From Vitrella brassicaformis CCMP3155 (lineage: Eukaryota; Protista; Chromerida), in NCBI GenBank assembly GCA_001179505.1, contig CDMY01000954.1:62001-126000 (forward strand): DNA of 64,000 nt. The letters are read 5' to 3'. The notes under the pieces were generated by a model. That model had not been told where the DNA came from, did no database searches, and was given only the letters and a program-made list of their open reading frames with translations. Position 1 is the first letter of the stretch, and every line of letters begins with the position of its first letter. This document shows positions 24,634 through 35,349 of the stretch, piece by piece. The position numbers and the translations under genes were made by a program.

Positions 24634-26584
24634 TCACTGTCGACCTCTCTTGACTCGCTTGGCCTCATTCACCACATCTCTAACTTCCTGCTGCTGCTGC
24701 TGCTGCTGCTGTGGGCAGCTGATGACGAGCGCCGCGTTGCCCTCCTCCCAGCGATCAGCATCGACACCATCCTTCTGCTGATACCCCTTCCACAACTGCA
24801 CACACGCAACACAAACCACATGGCCGTGTGTGGACGTTTGGCTGTGAGTGAGTGTGTGGATGCCCGCTGCGTACCTCAAACCAGTAGGCGACGAACTGAT
24901 AGGGCGCGTATTTAGCGTAGTGCTGCTTGGCCTTCTTGGTGATGTCAGCCAGACTGCCGATCACCTTGTGACACTCACGGAAGTGCCTGACAGTGCGAGG
25001 GACACCCACGCAGAACGTATGTTGGTGTATATCCCGGTGCATCCATCATGCGCGAATGCAATGCATACCTGACGGTTTCAGAGTCGTAAGGAAATGTCTC
25101 GAGGAAGCCCATGAGCTGCAGCACGTTGTTGGTTGCGAAGGGCCCGAAGCCGTTCAGCGACAGACACGCATCCCACACCTACAGCATCAGCATCAGCATC
25201 CATTCTTGCGTCGACTTTCTGGTGTGTAGTTCGATGTGTGCGTACCTTACCTCCTGCTGTGTTCTGTCAGAGTGCTCCCACCACGCCACATCAATCGTGC
25301 CGTCGGTAAAGGCACTCGCCAACCTGATTGATGCACGCACATATTGCGCCACTGAAGGCTGCCATCTATCGTCTGCGTCCGTGTGGTGTGCCTTATCTAC
25401 TTGTACAGTCTTGTGGCTCGATAGCCGAGGTTACACTCCCTCTGCAGCCACTCTGGCGAGAATTTGAGGACGTCAGAGGGAGAGGGGAACGAACCCATGT
25501 GAGACGACACCTGCACACAGCACAGACATGGATGAATGCATGGGTCGATGGCGTGTACCTACCTACCTTACCTTGTCGCAGAGCAGCCTGTTCATGATGC
25601 ACGTCCGCTTCCAATGCACATTGCACACGGTTATGGTCTTCACCTGGTGATATACAGCAGGTGGACCAGTGAGTGTTTCTCCCACGGATGACGGACGGAC
25701 GATTCTGACCATATCTTCCCATAGTGTTGGGCTCCTGAACAGCCGACCGAAACCCAATGACTTGGCCTCACTGCAGTCAGCACAACACATCAGGAGTGGT
25801 GCATGGATGGGCAAAGGAGTGCGGTGCCTCGACCCACCTGTGCAGCGACCACCAGGAGTCGATGGGGAACGACACCCGACACATGCGGCAGATCTGAATA
25901 CGATAGATGTCAGCCAGGCCAAGTGTGGGTGAGTGTCAGGTGACATGCAGGTCATGCTGTCCTACCTGTTGCTTGATCTCGCCCAAATGGCCATCATCCA
26001 GAGGGCAGCTGGTGGCGACACTCACACTACAGACAGACACACAGTCATGAACACTACCATTGCCATTCCCTTGGATTCTGCTTACTCGATGGTGCCTTGT
26101 CCCATTGTGAGAGTGACGTCACACACGTGCTGCCCCTTCTCGCCATATCTGAGCGGTCGCTTGAAGACGCCGTGGTCAGTCGACAGAGAGGGAGGCGGGG
26201 GACACCACTGGAAGGCACAGGTGCGACAGGCAGATCAAGCACAGTTGTCTGTGTGCCTGGCTCACTTTGTTTGGTGCCAACACGAAAAAGCCATAGGAGC
26301 CTACAGAGCGAACACATGAAAATTCATCAGCATGTGAGTACGCCAGCAGCAGCTAGTGCTCACAAATGGACTTCGCTAGATCAAAGTCATCTGCCACATC
26401 AATGGTCACAGAGACCTCTCTCAATGAGGATGAATCACTCTGCGTAGAGCCATCTGCACCACAACGCATAGATCTGCTGCATCAGGTGCATCCGTTCCTG
26501 TCATGGTACAGTATGACCTGTCGTGCTTTGGGAGCTTTGGCTGCGTAGGACTTCCGTGCTGCTCCGTAGCCGCTTCGTCGACAT
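24634..26584 (-). CDS. HhH-GPD superfamily DNA glycosylase (plant/algal uncharacterised OGG/AlkA-like subfamily)
   Basis: Spliced N-terminus MSTKRLRS...FDLAKSI|CSYGFFVLAPNK|W, then GFGRLFRSPTLWEDMV|KTITVCNVHWKRTCIMNRLLC, HhH motif LSLNGFGPFATNNVLQLMG, FPYDSETVRH, and YAKYAPYQFVAYWFE. Confidence 0.8.
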
Positions 26585-26804
26585 CGCAGAAGGCAGATCT
26601 TGCCCCCAATGCCTTCTTTGGTTGGTTGGTTGGTTATTGTGTTTAACGAGACTCGTGTCTGTAACCCCGAGGGGATCCTGTCCAGGTCACGCACTAAACT
26701 AGCAGCATGCACATGCATAGAAGCATGCACACGGCCTGTCTCCCCATCTTTGGCAGGCGAGCTTTTTTGCGAGCTTAGCTCGAGGGAAGGAAAGGAAAAG
26801 AGGG

Positions 26805-27328
26805 ATGGATGCGAAGTGGCAGCAGAGCGCCTTCTTTCTCTTTGGCATCGTTCTCCCTGGTCGGACAATTGAAAGATCACGACTCACGAGCGCATGCTTC
26901 TGATCTTCTTGCTGGAGTTCTCTCGTTCTTCAGGATGTTTCCTCTATGCGTGGAGGGCCTTTATCTTCTACAAGATCGGCTCTTCCCTCAAGGATATCGG
27001 AAATGACGCCACAATCGTTCATCAGATCAACGTAAGTCGGGCGGGTGAGCGGAAGGGCAAACACAGATCCATCCATGTCGTTCGCTGTGCTGCATGCAGG
27101 AGGTGCGCATCCCATCAGAGCAAGCAGCGAGTGGCATGACTTCTTGTTTTGTAGGGCATTCGTGACTTTACCCACAACGACCCCAGGAAGACATACCAGC
27201 CGCCGCCTCGAAAGGAGCCGACACACGTGCCGAGGTTCCTCGCTTTGGGCTGCATTGGGGCACTGCTGATATGTGCAAAGCAATTCATGCGATTTCCTGG
27301 TCAGTCAACAAAACAAGTGACTGACTGA
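26805..27328 (+). CDS. Small hypothetical membrane protein (about 110 aa)
   Basis: Exons 26805-26859 and 26934-27031 are phase-consistent, with a clean GTAAGT donor at 27032: MDAKWQQSAFFLFGIVLPG|CFLYAWRAFIFYKIGSSLKDIGNDATIVHQIN. The 3' exons are ambiguous (27100 and/or 27155 onward). Confidence 0.45.
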
Positions 27329-27775
27329 CTGACAAACGAGAGATTTGGTGACGGCGTGTTGGTGTCTGTGTTTTCAGCGAGCAAGCGAAAGCAAATTGTC
27401 GAGAGAGTCTGGAAGAGCCGGCGGAAGTGATGTGTTTGCTGGCGCCTGATGCACCTCCAGCCATGCCGTGGCCACTGCACCTGTCAGCAAGGCTCTTCCT
27501 GGCTGGACTGACAGTAAGGCGTTTTTAGGCAAGCGGTCCGCTGGATTTGTGCGTGTACAGTGTATGAGTACGAGAACCCTGTACATACAAACATTGGTTC
27601 ATGGGTCGATCGAGGATCGACCTACCTGTACAATATTGACTGCTGATTGATCGATCACACAATCAAACACACAACAGATTCTCACGCTCATCGCTTCTCT
27701 GTCTTCTCTTTCCGACGAGCAATCAAGCAACCAAACAGCCCTTCCTCCCTCGCCACGAGCAAGCAATCAATCGCC

Positions 27776-29545
27776 ATGACTCGCCTCGGCATGATCTCGA
27801 TGGTGATGCTGCTGTTTGCTTGTGCGGCGAGTGCGACCCGCACTCGTTTCCTGCGCGGTGAGACAGACAGACAGACAGACAGAGACGAATAACGCAGAGA
27901 GAGGGAGAGCGGTGGGTCCATGTCTCTCTGTCTGTCTGTTTCTGTGTGTGTGTGTGTGTGGTCAGCGGACGGTTCGTCACTTGGTGCGCTGACTGCGGGT
28001 GCGACGGAGGGTGCGTATTCGGTGGCCGGTGAGGTGATGGATGCCTTGAGCAAGATGCGCCAGGCCAGCTACCACACCCTGATCGGCACGGCCGTCCTCG
28101 TACTCACTGCCATCGCAATGCTCACATCCGGTGAGACACAGACAGACAGACACACACCGAGAGTGAGACACACAATGTCTGTCTGTCTCTGTGCTGTGTT
28201 GTGTTGTGTCGTCAGGAGTTGTGTTCGGCTGGTTGACTTACAGTAAGTCTGCGGCCCGTGTGTGCGGCGTGCTGACGACTTCCATCGTGGCCATCGCTGG
28301 CGCGGCGTACGTGCTCATGTCATTGGGCTACGGCGTGACGGCTGTCGGTGGGCGAGAGCTCTACTACGCCCGATATGCCGACTGGCTCGTCACCACACTG
28401 CTGCTGCTGGTACCACACTCACACTCACAGACACACAGGTGGGTGGACGTCTCTCTGTGTCTGTGTGCAGGTTGACATTCTGCTGTTCGCTGGCGTGTCG
28501 TGGAAGCCCATCGTCGCCCTCTGCACACTCGACGGTCAGTGAGCGATCCACCAAGACACACACACCCATCCCACGTCTCTCTCTGTTTGTGTGCGTGTGT
28601 GTGCAGTGCTGATGATTGGGACGGGGTTTTTGGCTGTGATTGTGTCGACGACCGCGGCCAAGTGGTCTCTGTACCTCTCGGGTGTGGCGTGTCTGCTGCC
28701 CATCGCCATGATACTCTACCAGGAGGCAACCGACACTCAGCTGGTCCTGGTGCCGTCTGCAATCGCCAGCCGGCTGCCGTCTGCAGCGCCCACCAAAGTG
28801 CCCCTCCTCGCTAAGACCGCCACAGCCAAGGAGGGCGCCGACGCGGTCCTCGCGGCCTACCGCAGAGCCACATTGCTCACCCTGTGCGCGTGGGTGTCAT
28901 ATCCTGTGGTATGTACCCAGTCGTGTGCACGCCCACACACACACACAGAGGGGCGGGAGGAGCACTCGTGTATGTGTGTGTGTGTGTGGTTTTTTTTTTG
29001 TGATGGCATGGCAGGTGTGGGTGTTGGGTGAGGGGCTGTTTGTGCTGCCGCTCGACATGGAGATACTCGCATACGCCGCTCTCGACGTACACACACATCG
29101 ACACACACACATCCATCCACCAGCGGTGTCATGTGTGTGTGTGTGTGTGGCAGGTGATGAGCAAGGTCGTGCTGGGCTTCGTGCTGCTCACGGACTTCTC
29201 GCTCTCCGCCAAGGCAACCCACACACACACACACCTCCCTCTCCCTCTCTCTGCCGAATATCATTTGTGTGTGTATGTGCGCAGGACGTGTCGTTGTCTG
29301 CGGCTGCGGACGTGGCCAAGGCGGCGTACAGCTATGCGGCAGAGGCGTTCGGCAAGGCGGGCGACAGCATCAAGAAGGGATCCACCACAGCATTCGAGAC
29401 GCTCAAGAAGCCATTCACCAAGAAGGAGACCCCCAGCACCACCGACAGCGGCGCCCCCACCGCCACCACCCAGCAGCAGACAGCAGCAGCCGCCGCAGCA
29501 CCGCAGCGGACCGGCTTGTTCGGCCTCGGCCGCCGACAGTCGTGA
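27776..29545 (+). CDS. Microbial (type 1) rhodopsin with DTD motif, predicted outward proton pump; N-terminal signal peptide; 8 exons
   Basis: Helix C YARYADWLVTTLLLL|VD gives R82/D85/T89/D96 in bacteriorhodopsin numbering. Helix D LD|VLMIGTGF. Helix F AWVSYPV|VWVLGEG. FG loop PLDMEIL (E194/E204 equivalents). Helix G YAALD|VMSKVVLGF (D212; retinal Lys at 29163-29165). All junctions are phase-consistent. Confidence 0.93.
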
Positions 29546-30722
29546 GCAAACCAACAATCACGCCACTGGCAACAAACACAGAGAGACGACGAGTGACTGA
29601 GCGAGGGACAAACAAATAGACAGAGGAATGACAAAGAGTGGGTGCGTGAGTGCATGAGCGCATGGAACGGACACACAAACCAATGACACGTGATGAATTG
29701 AGTTCAAATATTTCTCGCGTTGCCTGCGTCTGAGGTCACGCATTTGTGTAGCACTCGCTCCCCGTCCGTCAAGCAGAGATGCGGCCGCTATTCGTGACAT
29801 ATCATCGCTCACATCCACGAAGAGACCATGAAGAGACAATGGTCTCCTAATTCCTGTGCGCGAGGAGGCACCGGCCATTTGCGTGTGGATGCAATGGATG
29901 TGGGTGAATGGAGGTGGACTCGTACATTAAAGGATGTTGTGCAAATGGCCATCTTTGACGAAAACTGTCCCATCGATTGATCACACCCACACATACAAAT
30001 CGCCAAGTCGCTGTGCGTCAGCGTCTCGAGAGATGGCGGTCGCCATGCATGACATCGATCATGTCAACATCACCCACACCCACACCAACATCCACGCACC
30101 GAATTGACGTACGTATGCACAACCGGGCTTCCTAATTAATTAGCTGCATGTTTCTCTGTCCAACATTCATCCGCCCGTCCACCCATGCGTGCTGCGCCCG
30201 GCTACCTGAGCGACTCCTTTTGGCGATAGGTAGGAAGTAGAAAGGACGCAGCAACCAATGCTACATAGGTGTACACACACCTTCGCACATAAAGTCCAAT
30301 GTGGCTGGATGCTCCACGCACCCCTCATGCACACCCAGCCACCCAGCCACCCACCCGGTACACGCATCAGGGCCAAGACAAGTACGGCGACAGCTTCCGC
30401 TTCTCAGAAAAAGCACTCTCCCTTCTCATCTGCACCTCCTCACCTCTCTCGCGTGATAGATAAAGTGAGGATAGATGACAAGGGGTGCCGGTGACAGTGA
30501 TACATACGGCTACTAACGATCCAGCCCGACTCCCATCTTTGTGAGCGAGCCTTTGATCATGCATGTACTGCTGCTACGAAGGTGGACACATCCACACACG
30601 CACACACACACACACACATGCGATAGAGAAATAGAAACCAAAACGTGCGGACCTACCTGTGGCTACCTACCGATCTGTCTGTCTGTCTACACAAAACCCG
30701 TACACAGGTCCCCCCTCTCTCT

Positions 30723-31695
30723 CTAAGGCCCCGGTGACAGGACAGCCTTCTGATACATGTTCTGCACCTCTTCGCTGTCAAACGAGGCGCTCTCCTTCTT
30801 CCGTAGCCAACCCATTCGCTGATGCTTAGCCGATGTCTCCTCAACAATGTCGAACGTGTTGTTGAGGCGTTTCGCGATCTTGCTCTTGAAGCGCTCGAAG
30901 TCGTGCAGCAGCAGCTTTGATGAGGTGTCGGTGTACTTGAGGGTGTGCAGCAGGCATGCGAGGCGGTAGCGGCCGTCCAGCAGGACGACGTCGTAGTTGG
31001 TGACGTTGCGAAACGTGTGGATGGTGTCCATGGCCTCGATATAGGGTGCTCGGAAGGCCTTGACGGCCTCCTTTGGCTTGTCTTCAGGGTAGCCAAGCCT
31101 CTTCGTAGGCGTGTACCTGAACACACACACACCGGCCAAGGAGAACACCATGCATGTTGAGTTTTTGTGTCACACATGAACGGATGTTGTCCTTCTACCT
31201 GTTAGAGCAGATGTAGACGAGCCGTCCCGCCTTCTCGAGCGTACGCATGGCGTGCCCTCCCTCCTTCTCCATCTCATCGCACCACGCAGCAGCGTTCTCT
31301 ACCGAGTAGAGCGTCTTCACACGAGTCGATATGAAGAACGTCGAGCCACCGCTGCCCCACTCGAGTGCGACAGCGTCGGGCGTCAGCACCCTCTCCATCA
31401 TCCGCCGCTCGTCCCGAGGCATCCACACCTTCATCGGCAGATTCTCGCGGATCCTGGCGACCTGACTGTCCTCCACTGGGGTGGGTGCCGCGGCCTTGAT
31501 CTCGGTGGCAGGTGGTGCAGCTGTTGTGCACGTGCGTATGCCTCTGAAGATGGCGGTGCGGACGCCCCACTCGAAGGCGAGGAGGCCGGCGCCGACGCTG
31601 CTGATGACGATGATGAGGATGGTGCCGACGATGCTCTTGGCCAACGGGTTGTTGCCCAGGAGGGAGGTGGATGCGGCACCATGGTCAGATTTCAT
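30723..31695 (-). CDS. Type II membrane class I SAM-dependent methyltransferase (Methyltransf_24/polysaccharide-methyltransferase-like)
   Basis: N-terminal TM IVGTILIIVISSVGAGLLAF and a stem region. Motif I LEWGSGGST, then YSVEN...W, YDVVLLDGRYRLAC and LLLHDF. One intron at about 31118-31198. Confidence 0.75.
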
Positions 31696-32744
31696 GCTGA
31701 GACTAGGCAAAGGGAGAGAAGCGGAGAGAAGACCAGAAAAGTGAAGAAAAGGAAAGGAATGCGTACAGGGCGCTAACGGTCGCGATCGACGTCGACTTTG
31801 GTCGATCGAACTCATTGTTGTACGCAAAACTCCTGGACATTTCAACTCATTTCATCACGTGTCATTGGTTATGTGTCCGTTCCATGCGCTCATGCACTCA
31901 CGCATCCACTCTCTTTGTCATTCGTCTGTCTATTTGTCGCTCAGTCACTTGTCGTTTCTGTGTGTTTGTTGCCAGTGGTGTGATTGTTGGTTTGCTCACG
32001 ACTGTCGGCGGCCGAGGCCGAACAGCCCGGTCCGCTGCGGTGCTGCGGCGGCTGCTGCTGTCTGCTGCTGGGTGGTGGCGGTGGGGGCGCCGCTGTCGGT
32101 GGTGCTGGGGGTCTCCTTCTTGGTGAATGGCTTCTTGAGCGTCTCGAATGCCGTGGTGGATCCCTTCTTGATGCTGTCGCCCGCCTTGCCGAACGCCTCA
32201 GCCGCATAGCTGTACGCCGCCTTGGCCACGTCGGCAGCCGCAGACAACGACACGTCCTGCGCACACACATACACACACAAATGATATTCGGCAGAGAGAG
32301 GGAGAGCGAGGTGTGTGTGTGTGTGTGTGTGGGTTGCCTTGGCGGAGAGCGAGAAGTTTGTGAGCAGCACGAAGCCCAGCACGACCTTGCTCATCACCTG
32401 CCACACACACACACACACATGACACCGCTGGTGGATGGATGTGTGTGTGTCGATGTGTGTGTACGTCGAGAGCGGCGTATGCGAGTATCTCCATGTCGAG
32501 CGGCAGCACAAACAGCCCCTCACCCAACACCCACACCTGACATGCCATCACACCAACACACACACATACATATACACGAGTGCTCCTCCCGCCCCTCTGT
32601 GTGTGTGTGTGGGCGTGCACACGACTGGGTACATACCACAGGATATGACACCCACGCGCACAGGGTGAGCAATGTGGCTCTGCGGTAGGCCGCGAGGACC
32701 GCGTCGGCGCCCTCCTTGGCTGTGGCGGTCTTAGCGAGGAGGGG

Positions 32745-33044
32745 NNNNNNNNNNNNNNNNNNNNNNNNNNNNNNNNNNNNNNNNNNNNNNNNNNNNNNNN
32801 NNNNNNNNNNNNNNNNNNNNNNNNNNNNNNNNNNNNNNNNNNNNNNNNNNNNNNNNNNNNNNNNNNNNNNNNNNNNNNNNNNNNNNNNNNNNNNNNNNNN
32901 NNNNNNNNNNNNNNNNNNNNNNNNNNNNNNNNNNNNNNNNNNNNNNNNNNNNNNNNNNNNNNNNNNNNNNNNNNNNNNNNNNNNNNNNNNNNNNNNNNNN
33001 NNNNNNNNNNNNNNNNNNNNNNNNNNNNNNNNNNNNNNNNNNNN
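32745..33044. other. Assembly gap (300 N) in rhodopsin copy 2
   Basis: Corresponds to only about 107 bp (28694-28800) in copy 1. Confidence 1.
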
Positions 33045-34247
33045 GACACGCCACACCCGAGAGGTACAGAGACCACTTGGCCGCGGTCGTCGACACAATC
33101 ACAGCCAAAAACCCCGTCCCAATCATCAGCACTGCACACACACGCACACAAACAGAGAGAGACGTGGGATGGGTGTGTGTGTCTTGGTGGATCGCTCACT
33201 GACCGTCGAGTGTGCAGAGGGCGACGATGGGCTTCCACGACACGCCAGCGAACAGCAGAATGTCAACCTGCACACAGACACAGAGAGACGTCCACCCACC
33301 TGTGTGTCTGTGAGTGTGAGTGTGGTACCAGCAGCAGCAGTGTGGTGACGAGCCAGTCGGCATATCGGCCGTAGTAGAGCTCGCGCCCGCCGACAGCCGT
33401 CACGCCGTAGCCCAACGACATGAGCACGTACGCCGCGCCAGCGATGGCCACGATGGAAGTCGTCAGCACGCCGCACACACGTGGCGGCCCGCTTGCAGAA
33501 GGCGCTCTTCGGCAGCTTGAAGGCACCCGTTGAGCGTGTGGGCGCCCAGCGATCACCCGTGCCGTTGTCATGGCGATGGGCAGCAGACACGCCACACCCG
33601 AGAGGTACAGAGACCACTTGGCCGCGGTCGTCGACACAATCACAGCCAAAAACCCCGTCCCAATCATCAGCACTGCACACACACGCACACAAACAGAGAG
33701 AGACGTGGGATGGGTGTGTGTGTCTTGGTGGATCGCTCACTGACCGTCGAGTGTGCAGAGGGCGACGATGGGCTTCCACGACACGCCAGCGAACAGCAGA
33801 ATGTCAACCTGCACACAGACACAGAGAGACGTCCACCCACCTGTGTGTCTGTGAGTGTGAGTGTGGTACCAGCAGCAGCAGTGTGGTGACGAGCCAGTCG
33901 GCATATCGGCCGTAGTAGAGCTCGCGCCCGCCGACAGCCGTCACGCCGTAGCCCAACGACATGAGCACGTACGCCGCGCCAGCGATGGCCACGATGGAAG
34001 TCGTCAGCACGCCGCACACACGGGCCGCAGACTTACTGTAAGTCAACCAGCCGAACACAACTCCTGACGACACAACACAACACAGCACAGAGACAGACAG
34101 ACATTGTGTGTCTCACTCTCGGTGTGTCTGTCTGTCTGTGTCTCACCGGATGTGAGCATTGCGATGGCGGTGAGTACGAGGACGGCCGTGCCGATCAGGG
34201 TGTGGTAGCTGGCCTGGCGCATCTTGCTCAAGGCATCCATCACCTCA

Positions 34248-34547
34248 NNNNNNNNNNNNNNNNNNNNNNNNNNNNNNNNNNNNNNNNNNNNNNNNNNNNN
34301 NNNNNNNNNNNNNNNNNNNNNNNNNNNNNNNNNNNNNNNNNNNNNNNNNNNNNNNNNNNNNNNNNNNNNNNNNNNNNNNNNNNNNNNNNNNNNNNNNNNN
34401 NNNNNNNNNNNNNNNNNNNNNNNNNNNNNNNNNNNNNNNNNNNNNNNNNNNNNNNNNNNNNNNNNNNNNNNNNNNNNNNNNNNNNNNNNNNNNNNNNNNN
34501 NNNNNNNNNNNNNNNNNNNNNNNNNNNNNNNNNNNNNNNNNNNNNNN
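34248..34547. other. Assembly gap (300 N) between repeated rhodopsin blocks
   Basis: Exactly 300 N. Confidence 1.
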
Positions 34548-35349
34548 TCATGGCGATGGGCAGCAGACACGCCACACCCGAGAGGTACAGAGACCACTTG
34601 GCCGCGGTCGTCGACACAATCACAGCCAAAAACCCCGTCCCAATCATCAGCACTGCACACACACGCACACAAACAGAGAGAGACGTGGGATGGGTGTGTG
34701 TGTCTTGGTGGATCGCTCACTGACCGTCGAGTGTGCAGAGGGCGACGATGGGCTTCCACGACACGCCAGCGAACAGCAGAATGTCAACCTGCACACAGAC
34801 ACAGAGAGACGTCCACCCACCTGTGTGTCTGTGAGTGTGAGTGTGGTACCAGCAGCAGCAGTGTGGTGACGAGCCAGTCGGCATATCGGCCGTAGTAGAG
34901 CTCGCGCCCGCCGACAGCCGTCACGCCGTAGCCCAACGACATGAGCACGTACGCCGCGCCAGCGATGGCCACGATGGAAGTCGTCAGCACGCCGCACACA
35001 CGGGCCGCAGACTTACTGTAAGTCAACCAGCCGAACACAACTCCTGACGACACAACACAACACAGCACAGAGACAGACAGACATTGTGTGTCTCACTCTC
35101 GGTGTGTCTGTCTGTCTGTGTCTCACCGGATGTGAGCATTGCGATGGCGGTGAGTACGAGGACGGCCGTGCCGATCAGGGTGTGGTAGCTGGCCTGGCGC
35201 ATCTTGCTCAAGGCATCCATCACCTCACCGGCCACCGAATACGCACTCACCGGCCACCGAATACGCACTCTCCGTCGCACCCGCAGTCAGCGCCGAAAAT
35301 GGAAACCCCTCCGGCTCCGCACGAAGGAAGCGGACAGTACGTGGAGCTC

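Larger units (their letters stand above)
27986..35293. repeat. Large inverted duplication: + arm about 27986-29710, - arm about 31838-35293, with a 2.1-kb spacer
   Basis: Exons, introns and 3' flank of the rhodopsin gene recur in reverse complement with scattered substitutions. Confidence 0.9.
31996..35293 (-). pseudogene. Second rhodopsin copy: 5'-truncated, with a 22-bp duplication frameshift; internal exon blocks repeated around two gaps
   Basis: Same exons as 27776-29545 but YGRYADW instead of YARYADW and TNFS instead of TDFS. Exon 1 is absent and homology stops at 35293. Tandem 22-mer at 35224-35267. The helix B-E block appears three times (33045-33481, 33568-34247, 34548-35293). It could still be translated from the Met at 35220. 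Confidence 0.7.

Noticed and set aside
26705-26730. Cluster of ApiAP2-type GCATGC motifs in a divergent promoter
   Set aside because: (T)GCATG(C) is very common in this genome's TG/CA-rich repeats, and enrichment cannot be shown by eye.
27776-29545. Channelrhodopsin, heliorhodopsin or enzyme-rhodopsin
   Set aside because: It has a canonical DTD pump motif with E194/E204 and a DxxxK helix G, type-1 orientation, and no fused enzyme domain in the tail.
33045-35293. Genuine tandem array of three or more rhodopsin genes, or a multi-rhodopsin concatemer
   Set aside because: The blocks look identical to each other, start and stop at contig ends, and are joined by placeholder gaps and a foreign 86-mer. 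Mis-assembly is more parsimonious until long reads say otherwise.
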